A DNA stretch of 64,000 bases from Minisyncoccota bacterium. GTDB lineage: Bacteria; Patescibacteriota; Minisyncoccia; Phycocordibacterales; SBAW01. A program made the position numbers and the translations under genes. The notes under the pieces are model-generated. The model worked only from the letters and a program-made list of their open reading frames with translations. It was not told the origin of the DNA and did no database searches. The stretch lies in assembly GCA_035546575.1 (NCBI GenBank), contig DASZWN010000002.1, forward strand, positions 96,681 to 160,680. Direction: 5' to 3'. This document shows positions 38,575 to 47,956 of this stretch, in pieces. How positions within the stretch are numbered: position 1 is the stretch's first letter; each line of letters opens with the position of its first letter.

Positions 38575-38856
38575 CTACTCAGTGGTGCGGAAGCATTCGC
38601 CCATTTTGTTGAATGCCGCTGTCAGGTCGGGGAGGGGGCCATTATTGGCTTTCTCTATACCCCATAAGATGGTGGCGCGGAACATGATGTCGATGCATTC
38701 GGTTGGCAACCGCAGTACCAAGCCCTCATCGCGCAGCTGCACCTTAAGTTTGGAGGCCGTGATGTCGACCACCATGTTGTACGGGTTTACCGAGGCTTGG
38801 GCGGAGGTGCCGCACACGAGCGCGGCAGCCACTGCTATTGCAGCAATGCTCCTCAC
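38575..38856 (-). CDS. small secreted protein, hypothetical
   Basis: Signal peptide AAIAVAAALVCGTSAQA; two Cys residues. Confidence 0.4.
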   Translation of the reverse strand: MRSIAAIAVAAALVCGTSAQASVNPYNMVVDITASKLKVQLRDEGLVLRLPTECIDIMFRATILWGIEKANNGPLPDLTAAFNKMGECFRTTE

Positions 38857-38898
38857 GGTGTCTCTCCTTTGTCAGAACAGGTTAGCTCTGACGATAGA

Positions 38899-39123
38899 AT
38901 GACACACTTGTATTGTATGGGCAAGGTGGTGTACTATCGGGCTCTTATGAGCTTCACCGGCTTTTGGATCACCAATATTTTGATCATTCTCTACTTTTTG
39001 CCAACACTGGCGGCTTTTGCCAAGGCAAATAAGCGGACGTTTGAGTTTTTTATATTTAATGCGCTTACTGCGTGGACTGGTTTGGCGTGGTTTATCCTCG
39101 TGGCCGAGGCGTTTAACGAATAA
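38899..39123 (+). CDS. superinfection-immunity-like small membrane protein (Imm_superinfect family)
   Basis: ILIILYFLPTLAAFAKANKRTFEFFIFNALTAWTGLAWFILV matches the YFLP...W...GW pattern of that family. The start could be 38899 or 38917. Confidence 0.5.
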   Translation: MTHLYCMGKVVYYRALMSFTGFWITNILIILYFLPTLAAFAKANKRTFEFFIFNALTAWTGLAWFILVAEAFNE

Positions 39124-39168
39124 AAAGCGGACTCGAGAATATCTCGGGCCCGCATTGTTGGAAACTAT

Positions 39169-39444
39169 TCATTGTGGCCGTGGCATATGCGGCAGCTCGC
39201 ACCCATTGCGTGCGCTCGTCCAAGCATGTAGCTCGCTGATACTCGTCGGCTGCCACCCATCTTCCGATGTGGAAGTTCTTGCATCGCCGAGGCAGTAGGG
39301 CGAGAGCGTTACAGGCTCCCAATGCTTGACGACAGGATAGACGAACTCTCGCGAGTAAATTTCAGGATCTTCTCGAGCGAGCACGGTTGATGCAGATAGA
39401 ATCAAGACAGACAGAACAATCGTACCAGCGGACAACCTCCTCAT
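39169..39444 (-). CDS. small secreted protein, hypothetical
   Basis: Signal peptide LSVLILSASTVLA; Cys-containing. Confidence 0.4.
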   Translation of the reverse strand: MRRLSAGTIVLSVLILSASTVLAREDPEIYSREFVYPVVKHWEPVTLSPYCLGDARTSTSEDGWQPTSISELHAWTSARNGCELPHMPRPQ

Positions 39445-39563
39445 GAGTGTGCTCCTTAGGCCGCCATGGCCTAGTGGCTAGTATGCGTTTCGCTCATTAA
39501 AAGTGCAACTCTTGGCTACCAACACTATGCAAAGTGAGTGGTATACTGGAACTATAAGGATCC

Positions 39564-41237
39564 ATGAGCGCTCTTTCCGATGATCTTAAAAAGGTTATTC
39601 GTGGCGAGGTAGATGACACCCCCATGATGCTCGAAAAGTTTTCGCGCGATGCGAGTCTTTTTGTAGTAAAACCAGAAGTAATCGTCCGGCCCAAAGACGC
39701 GGCCGATGTGGAGGCGCTGGTGCGCTATGTGAGCGAGAAAAAACAGGTGCCTAAAACTCATTTGTCTATTACGGCACGCGCCGCAGGTACCGATATGTCG
39801 GGCGGGCCGCTCACCGACTCGATCGTACTCGATACGACCGCGCACTTTAACAAGATCCTGGAAGTGCGCGATATGCGTGCCACCGTTGAGCCCGGGGTGT
39901 TCTTTAGAGACTTTGACAAAGAAACAAAAAAACAAAATCTGGAGCTGCCTTCCTACACCGCTTCGCGCGAGCTCAACACGGTAGGCGGCATGGTAGGCAA
40001 CAATTCCGGGGGCGAAAAGAATTTAAAATACGGCAAAACCGCGCGCTATGTTGAGGAGCTCGAGGTAGTGCTTTACGACGGCAAGGTCCACACGCTTAAA
40101 AAATTAGAAGGGGAGGCGCTCTCGCGTAAACTCGCAGAAGATGGTTTTGAGGGCGACCTCTATCGCCGCGCGGCACGCATTGTCTCGACCGCGGAACATA
40201 AAAAAACAATCGAGGCTGCCAAACCGCATGTTGAAAAGAATTCCTCCGGCTACGCGCTGTGGGACATCGGCGACGGCACCTCCTCGCTTAATCTCGCTCG
40301 GCTCATGGTTGGCGCGCAAGGTACGCTTGGCATCATCACCAAAATAAAATTTAGCCTCGTGCACCCCAAACCGTATGCAGCGATGGTTATCATGTTCCTC
40401 GATTCGCTTTCGGAGTTGGGCGAAATAGTACCAGAGGTCTTAACGTGCGAGCCCGACAGCTTTGAGTCATACGATGACCACACGTTTGCGCTTGCGGTAA
40501 AATATTTTCCTGAGTTTGCGAGCCAGATGAAGGCGGGGATTATTAGCCTCGGCATCTCGTTTCTGCCCGAGGTATGGATGGCGCTCACCGGCGGTATACC
40601 AAAGCTTATTCTGATGGCCGAATTCCGTGGGCACACGCAGGAAGAGGCTATAGTGCAGGCGCACAAGCTTGTAGCTCTAATCAAGAAGAACAAAAGCCAT
40701 ATCAAAGTGCGCGTCGCACGCAACGAGGCTGCGACGCGCAAATACTGGACTATCCGCCGCGAGAGTTTTAGCTTGTTGCGCAAAAAAATCCGCGGCAAGC
40801 GCACGGCGCCGTTTATCGACGACTTTGTCGTGCCGCCTGCAGTGCTGCCGGAGTTTTTACCAAAGCTCGAAGCGGTGCTGTCAAAATACGATCTCACGTA
40901 TACCGTGGCGGGGCATGTGGGCGACGGTAACTTCCATATTATTCCGCTAGTCGACCCGAAAGATCCCACAGTTGCAAAGACAATTGACGAGCTTTCGCAT
41001 ACAGTCTACGATCTGGTGCTCCAGTATCATGGTTCGATCTCGGGCGAGCACAACGACGGTCTGATCCGCACGCCCTATGTGGAGCAGATGTTCGGTCCCG
41101 CCATGTACGCGCTCTTTCTGGAGGTTAAAGCGCTCTTCGACCCGCAAAACATCTTTAACCCGGGCAAAAAAGTCGGTGCCAACTTTAGCGACTCCCTCGC
41201 CAAGCTTGACCTCCCCTCGGTTCAAGCTAAAAAGTAG
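39564..41237 (+). CDS. FAD-linked oxidase (GlcD / D-lactate dehydrogenase family)
   Basis: FAD_binding_4 region (ITARAAGTDMSGG) plus C-terminal FAD-oxidase_C. Confidence 0.8.
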   Translation: MSALSDDLKKVIRGEVDDTPMMLEKFSRDASLFVVKPEVIVRPKDAADVEALVRYVSEKKQVPKTHLSITARAAGTDMSGGPLTDSIVLDTTAHFNKILEVRDMRATVEPGVFFRDFDKETKKQNLELPSYTASRELNTVGGMVGNNSGGEKNLKYGKTARYVEELEVVLYDGKVHTLKKLEGEALSRKLAEDGFEGDLYRRAARIVSTAEHKKTIEAAKPHVEKNSSGYALWDIGDGTSSLNLARLMVGAQGTLGIITKIKFSLVHPKPYAAMVIMFLDSLSELGEIVPEVLTCEPDSFESYDDHTFALAVKYFPEFASQMKAGIISLGISFLPEVWMALTGGIPKLILMAEFRGHTQEEAIVQAHKLVALIKKNKSHIKVRVARNEAATRKYWTIRRESFSLLRKKIRGKRTAPFIDDFVVPPAVLPEFLPKLEAVLSKYDLTYTVAGHVGDGNFHIIPLVDPKDPTVAKTIDELSHTVYDLVLQYHGSISGEHNDGLIRTPYVEQMFGPAMYALFLEVKALFDPQNIFNPGKKVGANFSDSLAKLDLPSVQAKK

Positions 41238-41319
41238 GCGCGGCTATTTGTGCCCGTCTCGCCGAAGACGCCGAGTCGAGGCGGGTACCGCAAAATAGGT
41301 AAAAGAGTACAATGGCGGC

Positions 41320-42462
41320 ATGAGCGAGCCATTGGCATCTAAGATACGCCCAACAACGCTGGAGGAGTTTGTTGGGCAGGAGCACCTCGTTGGCCCAGGC
41401 AAGCCGCTCTACGAGGCTATCGAGCGCGGACACCTATTCTCTTTTATCTTGTGGGGCCCGCCGGGGAGCGGCAAAACAACGCTTGCACGTATCTATGCCA
41501 ACGCGCTCGACGCCGAGTTCCACGAGCTTTCGGCTGTCGACTCCGGCAAAGAAGACATTAAACGTGTGGTGGGCGACAGGAACTCGCTCCAATTTTCTGT
41601 AAAACCGAAGATACTCTTTATCGACGAGATCCACCGCTTTAACAAAGCGCAGCAAGACTTCCTCTTGCCCTATGTTGAGCGCGGCGAGCTGACACTCATT
41701 GGCGCAACGACCGAGAACCCGAGCTTTGAGGTTATCCCCGCGCTGCTCTCGCGCTGCCGTGTGTTTGTGTTAAACGAGCATACCGAGGGCGATATGGACT
41801 CTATTATCAAGCGTACAAAACTGAAGGTGCCTAAAGATGCGCGCGACTGGCTTGTTGAGATGGCCGGAGGCGACGCGCGGCAGGCAATCACCGTGCTTGA
41901 GAACACACAAAAGCTATACGGCAAGATTACAATCGAGACGCTTAAGGAGAGTATCCAGAGCCGGCATCTGCGCTACGACAAAAAGGGCGAGGAGCACTAC
42001 AACACCATCAGTGCTTTTATTAAGAGCATGCGTGCCTCGCAACCCGATGCTGCACTCTACTATCTGGCCCGGATGGTTGAGGCGGGGGAGGACCCACTCT
42101 TTATTGCCCGCCGCATGGTGATATTTGCGAGCGAGGACGTGGGGCTTGCGGTCCCAACGGCGTTGGTGGTAGCAAACGCTGTGTTTGAGGCATGCGAGAA
42201 GATAGGCTACCCCGAGTGCACACTCAATCTCGCCCAGGGTGTGGCGTATTTGGCACAGTGCAAAAAGGACAGAAGCGCCAACGACGCGATAGGCGAGGCC
42301 ATGGAGGATGTGCGTAAGTTTGGCAACCTGCCTATCCCGCTCAAGATCCGCAATGCGCCCACCAAGCTGATGAAGGATCTTAAGTACGGCAAAGGATACG
42401 AAAAGTATGACAAAGAAAGTTACCTGCCCGAGAAGCTAAAAAATAAAAAATATTTGAAATAG
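41320..42462 (+). CDS. rarA: replication-associated recombination protein A (AAA+ ATPase)
   Basis: GPPGSGKTT Walker A, MgsA C-terminal domain. Confidence 0.85.
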   Translation: MSEPLASKIRPTTLEEFVGQEHLVGPGKPLYEAIERGHLFSFILWGPPGSGKTTLARIYANALDAEFHELSAVDSGKEDIKRVVGDRNSLQFSVKPKILFIDEIHRFNKAQQDFLLPYVERGELTLIGATTENPSFEVIPALLSRCRVFVLNEHTEGDMDSIIKRTKLKVPKDARDWLVEMAGGDARQAITVLENTQKLYGKITIETLKESIQSRHLRYDKKGEEHYNTISAFIKSMRASQPDAALYYLARMVEAGEDPLFIARRMVIFASEDVGLAVPTALVVANAVFEACEKIGYPECTLNLAQGVAYLAQCKKDRSANDAIGEAMEDVRKFGNLPIPLKIRNAPTKLMKDLKYGKGYEKYDKESYLPEKLKNKKYLK

Positions 42463-42466
42463 AAAA

Positions 42467-42489
42467 GGCCGCGCGTTGCCGCGCGGCCC
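42467..42489. terminator. bidirectional terminator hairpin
   Basis: GGCCGCGCG-ttgc-CGCGCGGCC with a T-run on the minus strand. Confidence 0.5.
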
Positions 42490-42503
42490 GAATTCGTCAT
42501 TCG

Positions 42504-43136
42504 TCAGTCGCCCCAATTTGTCTTTCTGATTGCTTCCTCGAGCAGTCCACTCAGGCTCTTGAGGGAGGTAGGAAACTGCTTGAGATACACGTCTTTGTCT
42601 ATGCAGACAGACAACCCGAGTGTAGCCAGCGAAAGAAATATGCTGCTGCATTCCACGCCCTCGAGGAGATATTCGACTCCTTCCGGGAGCTTGAATGGCC
42701 CGATGAAGCCGTTAAATCTCTCCCGCAGGCTGTGTTGTACGACCCGCTCCTGCGGATATCCAACTATAGGGAACTGGTTGTCGCCAATTTTCATCGAGAG
42801 AGAAACTTTGCAGTTCCCATAGGATCGGTCGTCCTCGTGGCAGTGAAAGATGAGCCGCGAGGTAACGGTTTCTTGGATTTTGAGGGTAAGGGAGTTTTCG
42901 TAAGGCAGGCTCCCTGGCTTGTCGGTAGGGCGTGTTTCAAAGACTGCTTTTACTTCCTCACTGTACTTTCCGTAGAATCGCAGATACTGTTTTCGTTCGC
43001 GGCCTATCATGCTTGGACGATGATCCCACTCGATACGGGTAGTCACGATTTCGTAGAGCGAAATGCCAGGGTAGGATCCATCGAGTTCCGCGATAAATCG
43101 CATCATCGAGGGCAGTCTAGGTTCAAAAGAGGCCAT
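42504..43136 (-). CDS. hypothetical protein (lower-GC gene, no recognisable domain)
   Basis: 210 aa; GC about 50%; preceded by an AT-rich promoter region at 43140-43330. Confidence 0.4.
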   Translation of the reverse strand: MASFEPRLPSMMRFIAELDGSYPGISLYEIVTTRIEWDHRPSMIGRERKQYLRFYGKYSEEVKAVFETRPTDKPGSLPYENSLTLKIQETVTSRLIFHCHEDDRSYGNCKVSLSMKIGDNQFPIVGYPQERVVQHSLRERFNGFIGPFKLPEGVEYLLEGVECSSIFLSLATLGLSVCIDKDVYLKQFPTSLKSLSGLLEEAIRKTNWGD

Positions 43137-43336
43137 GATGGCATCTCTCCTGTTTGAGGTTTCAAAGGACAGTAATCGGAATTGGACCGAAGTGTACTGC
43201 CACGAGTGATACTACTTTGTCTGTTTTAAATATCAAGAAGACAAAAATATTTGAAATAAATTTCTTATTGTGTTTGTATAATAATCGGCTGAGATCATTT
43301 TTGTTTTTGCTCAACAGACGGGAAAGGGACGATAGT

Positions 43337-43504
43337 GTTTCCTCGTTTTAATCCTCCGTATCGGATGCCTGTGAAGCCGGGTATCAAGCGAATTCCGCTG
43401 GAAGACGCGCGCGATACCGGCGGCACAAGCATTCCACCAAAACACAGGCCCGGAAAGGTGCCAAAACCAAATCCAAACAAACCTTCCGCGAAGCGGAAGG
43501 AATA
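43337..43504 (+). CDS. speculative small Lys/Pro-rich basic protein
   Basis: GTG/ATG start; ...PVKPGIKRIPLEDARDTGGTSIPPKHRPGKVPKPNPNKPSAKRKE; strong terminator immediately after. Confidence 0.2.
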
Positions 43505-43512
43505 AAAGCAAT

Positions 43513-43548
43513 TAGGGCGGGCGTCTTGTTAGACGTCCGCCCTTTAAC
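43513..43548. terminator. terminator hairpin
   Basis: GGGCGGGCGTC-ttgtta-GACGTCCGCCC then TTTAAC. Confidence 0.5.
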
Positions 43549-44182
43549 GATGGAACAGATTCAGCTGCCGTCTCGCCAACTTCTCGTCGGCTAAACGTTG
43601 AGCAGTTGCCTGCCGAGTGAGTGCCGCCTTGGCACGCTGTCGAGCTCGGAGAATGGCCAGCACTCTCGCATGGATATTCTCGAAGTCCTCCGGTTTGATC
43701 CAAAGAAAGTTTTCGAGTCCTGTGCGAGTGAGCTCAGCCAGGTCCCAGTGCTCTGCAAGGGGGCGAAAGCGAGCTCGCCAGCGACTGATGTAGTTGGCGA
43801 TGCCTTCGTCCGAGATCGGTCCAGAGTACACCCTGTCTAACTCGGCACCTGATAAGTCAACCGGACGAGGGATTGCCTCGATGTTGATCACCACAGGGCG
43901 CCGCACGACAGAACCGTAATCGGGTGCCTCAAGCAGTCCAGCCTCGTGGCGTAGACGGGTTTTCCAGCCCTTGAGCGCATTTTGAGTGCGCACGCCGGCT
44001 TCTACCTCGCTTCGAAACATCTCGACATCCTCGGGGAGTTTTCCCTCCGGGGGTAACCGCTTCATGTAGCAAACGAATCCGCGTACGGCGACGTCAAGGT
44101 ATCCCCATCGGCCGCTTTGGCGAACTCGATCTGCAAATTGGCTCTGCTGATAGAGCCAGACGAAGCCTGCTACTGCAGACAT
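43544..44182 (-). CDS. hypothetical protein, downstream partner in a two-gene operon
   Basis: 212 aa with no identifiable domain; start overlaps the stop of the 78-aa ORF upstream (ATGA). Confidence 0.4.
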   Translation of the reverse strand: MSAVAGFVWLYQQSQFADRVRQSGRWGYLDVAVRGFVCYMKRLPPEGKLPEDVEMFRSEVEAGVRTQNALKGWKTRLRHEAGLLEAPDYGSVVRRPVVINIEAIPRPVDLSGAELDRVYSGPISDEGIANYISRWRARFRPLAEHWDLAELTRTGLENFLWIKPEDFENIHARVLAILRARQRAKAALTRQATAQRLADEKLARRQLNLFHR

Positions 44183-44418
44183 TATGCCGCCTTAGGCAAT
44201 GCCACGGCGCCGAGTTTTGCGATCTCGGCGAGGGCGTTGGCGACGATCGTCTTAGTGGGTTGGCGAGGGGCGCAATCGTGTATGCGTTCCCAGCTTACCC
44301 AAATTCTGCCGCGTTCACCGACGTCGCGGAAGATCAGCTCCCAACTCGGGGCAATGACCCTCCATTCGCCTTCAGTCACTTTTATTGCTTTAAGCACTTT
44401 GGCTTCTCCTCGTCTCAA
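44182..44418 (-). CDS. hypothetical small protein (78 aa), upstream partner
   Basis: Translationally coupled to the 212-aa gene. Confidence 0.35.
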   Translation of the reverse strand: MRRGEAKVLKAIKVTEGEWRVIAPSWELIFRDVGERGRIWVSWERIHDCAPRQPTKTIVANALAEIAKLGAVALPKAA

Positions 44419-44463
44419 AGTTCAACTGGTATATATGATACCACAAACTCACCTGAATTGCAA

Positions 44464-44483
44464 CCTGCCTGCCGGTAGGCAGG
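44464..44483. repeat. 20-bp palindromic repeat, copy 4 (CCTGCCTGCCGGTAGGCAGG)
   Basis: Upstream of the 78-aa/212-aa operon. Confidence 0.6.
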
Positions 44484-44513
44484 GTGAAGTGGGGATAATC
44501 CTTATTTTAGGGC

Positions 44514-44963
44514 CTAAAATAGCCCTTCTACGATTTCTTTAACGACCGTGCCGTCGGCTTTGCCTTTGAGGTCCTTCATCAACATGCCCATCAATTTGTT
44601 AGCGCCGGTTTTGTCGGTCACGCCCATCTCAGCGGCTTTTGCTTTTGCAGCAGCAGTGATCTCGTCGCGAGACATCTGAGTGGGGAGCATGGTCTCTAGT
44701 ATTGCGAGCTCGGCCTGCTCAGACTCGGCAAGCTCGGGGCGGCCGCCGGCGGTAAATTGCTCGATAGAATCTTTGCGCTGCTTTGCGGCGCGGATAATAA
44801 CATTCAGGAGGTCCTCGTCGGAGAGCATCTCGTCCGGCTTGCGCCCCTTGGCAACAAGCTCGTTGGTTGCCGCCGCAGAAAGTCCGCGCAATACGCTCAA
44901 ACGTACCGTGTCCTTAGCGCGCATAGCGTCCTTAATAGCCTCCTTCAATTCTTGGTGTGTCAT
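44514..44963 (-). CDS. GatB/YqeY-domain protein
   Basis: 149 aa, all-helical, with the YqeY pattern (LSDEDLLNVI...). Confidence 0.75.
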   Translation of the reverse strand: MTHQELKEAIKDAMRAKDTVRLSVLRGLSAAATNELVAKGRKPDEMLSDEDLLNVIIRAAKQRKDSIEQFTAGGRPELAESEQAELAILETMLPTQMSRDEITAAAKAKAAEMGVTDKTGANKLMGMLMKDLKGKADGTVVKEIVEGLF

Positions 44964-44998
44964 AGGTATAGTGTATCAAAAAGTGCTAAAATGGCCAT

Positions 44999-46003
44999 AT
45001 GGACCCGCTCATTATTCTTCTGTTAGTGCTCGTTGCCGGCAATTTGGTGATGGTCTTTTTGCTTTGGCAAAAGGGCAATACTGCTGTAGAACCGCCGCCG
45101 CAAGACATGCAGGGGTTCGTGCTTCTGCAAAACCAGCTTTCGCAGTTGACCGGCACGATAGATAGCAAACTCATGGACGTGATACGGGGAGTTGCAGAAA
45201 ATAAAGAGTCTACCAAGCAGGTATTCACCATTGCCGAGCAACTCCAAAATCTCGAGAAGGTGCTCAAGCACCAAAAGCAACGCGGCAACTTGGGCGAGGC
45301 ATCGCTTGAGCTGATTTTGGCAAACATCCTGCCGCCGGGCGCCTACCAGATGCAGTACGAGTTCCCGGGCGGCGAAACAGTCGATGCTGTCATACAAACT
45401 AAAGAGGGCGTGATCCCGATAGACGCCAAGTTCAGCCTCGACAACTACCAGCGGCTCATTAACGCTATCGATGACAATCAAAAGGCGGAACTTGAGAAGC
45501 AGTTTAAGAACGACCTTAAGCTACGCATTGATGAGACATCTAAATATGTGCGCCCTAAGGACGGCACGCTCCCGTTTGCCTTTATGTATATCCCTGCGGA
45601 GGCTATCTACTACGATCTCCTTATCAACGAGGTAGGCTCGGTCAAGGTAAACACGCGCAATTTAATCGACTATGCGTATAACGAAAAGAAGGTGATTATT
45701 GTCTCGCCAACGACCTTTGCTGCATATCTGCAGTCGGTGTTGTATGGCTTTAAGGCGTTTAAGATCGAGGAGCAAGCCAAGGATATTGCCAAGAATGTCG
45801 AGGCGCTCGGGAGGCACATCAACGCGTACCAGGAGTTTTATAAAAAGCTTGGGACATCGCTCTCGACAACCGTTAACCATTTTAATGCTGGTACCAAAGA
45901 GCTCGGTAAGATAGAAAAGGATGTGCTCCGCATCGACGCCTCGGCGGACATTGCGATAGATGTGCCGCTGATAGATAAGCCGATTTTGGAGGGGAGAGAG
46001 TAA
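44999..46003 (+). CDS. rmuC: DNA recombination protein RmuC
   Basis: N-terminal TM, coiled coil, RmuC C-terminal nuclease-like domain (FAFMYIPAEAIYYD). Confidence 0.8.
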   Translation: MDPLIILLLVLVAGNLVMVFLLWQKGNTAVEPPPQDMQGFVLLQNQLSQLTGTIDSKLMDVIRGVAENKESTKQVFTIAEQLQNLEKVLKHQKQRGNLGEASLELILANILPPGAYQMQYEFPGGETVDAVIQTKEGVIPIDAKFSLDNYQRLINAIDDNQKAELEKQFKNDLKLRIDETSKYVRPKDGTLPFAFMYIPAEAIYYDLLINEVGSVKVNTRNLIDYAYNEKKVIIVSPTTFAAYLQSVLYGFKAFKIEEQAKDIAKNVEALGRHINAYQEFYKKLGTSLSTTVNHFNAGTKELGKIEKDVLRIDASADIAIDVPLIDKPILEGRE

Positions 46004-46008
46004 AAAAG

Positions 46009-46038
46009 GGCCACCTCGGGTGAGGTGGCCAGTTTTGT
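46009..46038 (+). terminator. rmuC terminator
   Basis: GGCCACCTC-gggt-GAGGTGGCC then AGTTTTGTG. Confidence 0.55.
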
Positions 46039-46307
46039 GCCTCAGGGGACCAAGGCACTGAAAGTGATATCTATTTATTCTAGTGTTGGCGCTCGTGCCA
46101 TCCTGCAAAGAGGAATAGTATTGCGCCTGAACCGATGACAACCAGTAGGGCGTAGAAGGCATTCGCCCACATGACGATTCCTCCTTATTATTCCAGCCGC
46201 CCTAACACTACTCCTACCCCAATAAACTTCAAGCGAGTAGTACACAGAATTGATGAAGAGTTAATTTTGTTGTATGGTGCGTGGAGAGTTTTGTTTGGAG
46301 AAGAAAC

Positions 46308-46676
46308 ATGGCTGCACTACAGCTCCCAAAGGTCACGAGACTCATGGCTTTCCCCATGCAGAAGGGCGAACTTCGCGGCTTCTGCACTATCCTCAAAATG
46401 GCCGTCGGCTCGAAGGTGGTTTCTGCGCCGCTGATCGAGGAGTGGCTTACCTTTCTCACCTCTACGGTCTTGGGGGGCGGGCTTTCAACCCGACATAAAA
46501 ACCTCGGTTATCCAAAACCACTCATTGTGGGTAACCCAGTCGAGGCCGTTCTGCGTCTTGAGTGGCTCAAAAAGATTCCGGGACAATCGGACAGTTTTGC
46601 TCACTTTTCAGTCAGGGGTGTGAGTAACAACGAGACGGTGGTTGAGGGAGACTTTACGGTCATTGTTCCACCCTAA
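46308..46676 (+). CDS. hypothetical protein
   Basis: About 122 aa from MAALQLPK; its own terminator (46695-46728) precedes rplU. Confidence 0.35.
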   Translation: MAALQLPKVTRLMAFPMQKGELRGFCTILKMAVGSKVVSAPLIEEWLTFLTSTVLGGGLSTRHKNLGYPKPLIVGNPVEAVLRLEWLKKIPGQSDSFAHFSVRGVSNNETVVEGDFTVIVPP

Positions 46677-46694
46677 GACTCCCAAGTATCTGCA

Positions 46695-46728
46695 GGCCCG
46701 GAACCCACTCCGGGCTTGTTTTTTTTAT
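46695..46728 (+). terminator. terminator
   Basis: GCCCGGA-acccac-TCCGGGC followed by TTGTTTTTTTTAT. Confidence 0.55.
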
Positions 46729-46748
46729 AAAATAGGCTATATTAGAGC

Positions 46749-47088
46749 CGTGGAAAAGGAATTTGCCATTATAGAGACCGGCGGAAAGCAGTATATGGTT
46801 TCCGAGGGCGATACCGTAAAAATCGAGAAAATCAAGGGCCAGGAGCCTAATAAAGAGCTTAAGGCTGGCGACTCGATTGTCTTTGATCGTGTCTTAATGG
46901 TAGATAATGGCTCTGACACCACTATCGGCGAGCCGTACATCAAGGGCGCTAAGGTCTCGGCTGAGATCAAGAAAATTGCCAAGGCAAAGAAGGTTGTGGT
47001 TATCAAATACAAGGCAAAGTCCAACTATTTTAAAAAGCGCGGCCATCGCCAGCCGTTTTTCGAGGTCAAAATAACGAAGCTCGCGTAG
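46749..47088 (+). CDS. rplU: 50S ribosomal protein L21
   Basis: GTG start; VEKEFAIIETGGKQYMVSEGD... Confidence 0.85.
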
Positions 47089-47096
47089 TACTCCAC

Positions 47097-47180
47097 AAAA
47101 CCTGCAGGAAAAAAGTCTTTAGCCCCATTTCGCTTCGCGAAACGGCACGCCCCCACCTAGACTTTTTTCCTGCAGGTTTT
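47097..47180. repeat. hairpin element, copy 1: perfect 22-bp inverted repeat AAAACCTGCAGGAAAAAAGTCT separated by a 40-nt conserved core
   Basis: Between convergent rplU and recR; flanking A/T runs make it a bidirectional terminator. Core TTAGCCCCATTTCGCTTCGCGAAACGGCACGCCCCCACCT is shared with copy 2. Confidence 0.6.
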
Positions 47181-47186
47181 GCTCCG

Positions 47187-47804
47187 TTATTGCCTTGACG
47201 AAAGTGCGTCGGCGATGGTGTCCGGGTCGGCGTACTCGAGCTCGCTGCCGGTGGAGAGGCCGCGACCAAGCGAGGATAGTTTAAAGTTAAATCCTTCGGA
47301 CATGGGGCGCAGTTTTTCTGCCAATATCTGCCGGGTATGGTCTCCCTCGGTGGTGGCAGAGAGGCCCAAGATCAGCTCGGTGAGCACCAGGTCGCTGCCG
47401 TCGCGCTCGACGCGGCTGACAAGCTCTTTTGCGCGGATATGCTTCTCGGGCTCCTCGGCTGCGAGCGGCACCGTGCCGCCTAGCACAAAGTAGAGGCCGC
47501 GGTAGCCGCTGCGCTCCACGTTGTCTATGTCAGCATCTTTCTCGACGACGAATATAAGCGCCTTGTTGCGCTTGGGGTTGTTGCAAATAGAACAGAGCGT
47601 CTGATTGTCATTATTCTTGACCGACCAGCGGAAGCATTCCTCGCACTGGAAGGTATTGCTGCCGAGCCGGCTTATGTCTTGGGCCAGGGCCGCGCGGAAA
47701 GCATTCTGCTGCGTGAGCAGAAATTGCACAAAGCGGCGCGACTGGCGGGGGCCAATGCCGGGGAAACGCTGGAATGCCTCGGTAAGCCTGTCGATCGGAT
47801 TCAT
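47187..47804 (-). CDS. recR: recombination protein RecR
   Basis: HhH, C4 zinc finger (CEEC...CSIC), Toprim. Confidence 0.9.
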   Translation of the reverse strand: MNPIDRLTEAFQRFPGIGPRQSRRFVQFLLTQQNAFRAALAQDISRLGSNTFQCEECFRWSVKNNDNQTLCSICNNPKRNKALIFVVEKDADIDNVERSGYRGLYFVLGGTVPLAAEEPEKHIRAKELVSRVERDGSDLVLTELILGLSATTEGDHTRQILAEKLRPMSEGFNFKLSSLGRGLSTGSELEYADPDTIADALSSRQ

Positions 47805-47843
47805 AGGCTAAGTGTAACAAACCTAGCAAAGAAAAAGCAGTCC

Positions 47844-47947
47844 TGGAGTTCTCGCTCTCAAAAAGTCCTTAGCCCCACTTTTTTATAGTCGCTTTGCTCC
47901 TTAAAAAAGCGGCACGCCCCCACCTGGACTTTTCTCCAGCGAAACTC
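47844..47947. repeat. hairpin element, copy 2: imperfect inverted repeat around the shared core TTAGCCCCA...CGGCACGCCCCCACCT
   Basis: Between the recR start and dnaB stop; same orientation as copy 1. The internal sub-hairpin differs but pairing is maintained by compensatory changes (TTTCGC/GCGAAA versus CGCTTT/AAAGCG). Confidence 0.55.
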
Positions 47948-47956
47948 CACGACTGC

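Noticed and set aside
40250-40969. 239-aa antisense ORF within the FAD-oxidase gene
   Set aside because: Overlaps a gene with clear FAD-binding motifs; no start context and a low-complexity translation.
43311-43511. 66-aa minus-strand ORF
   Set aside because: Trp/Arg-rich translation with no start context. The plus-strand Lys/Pro-rich ORF with a downstream terminator is the better, though still weak, candidate.
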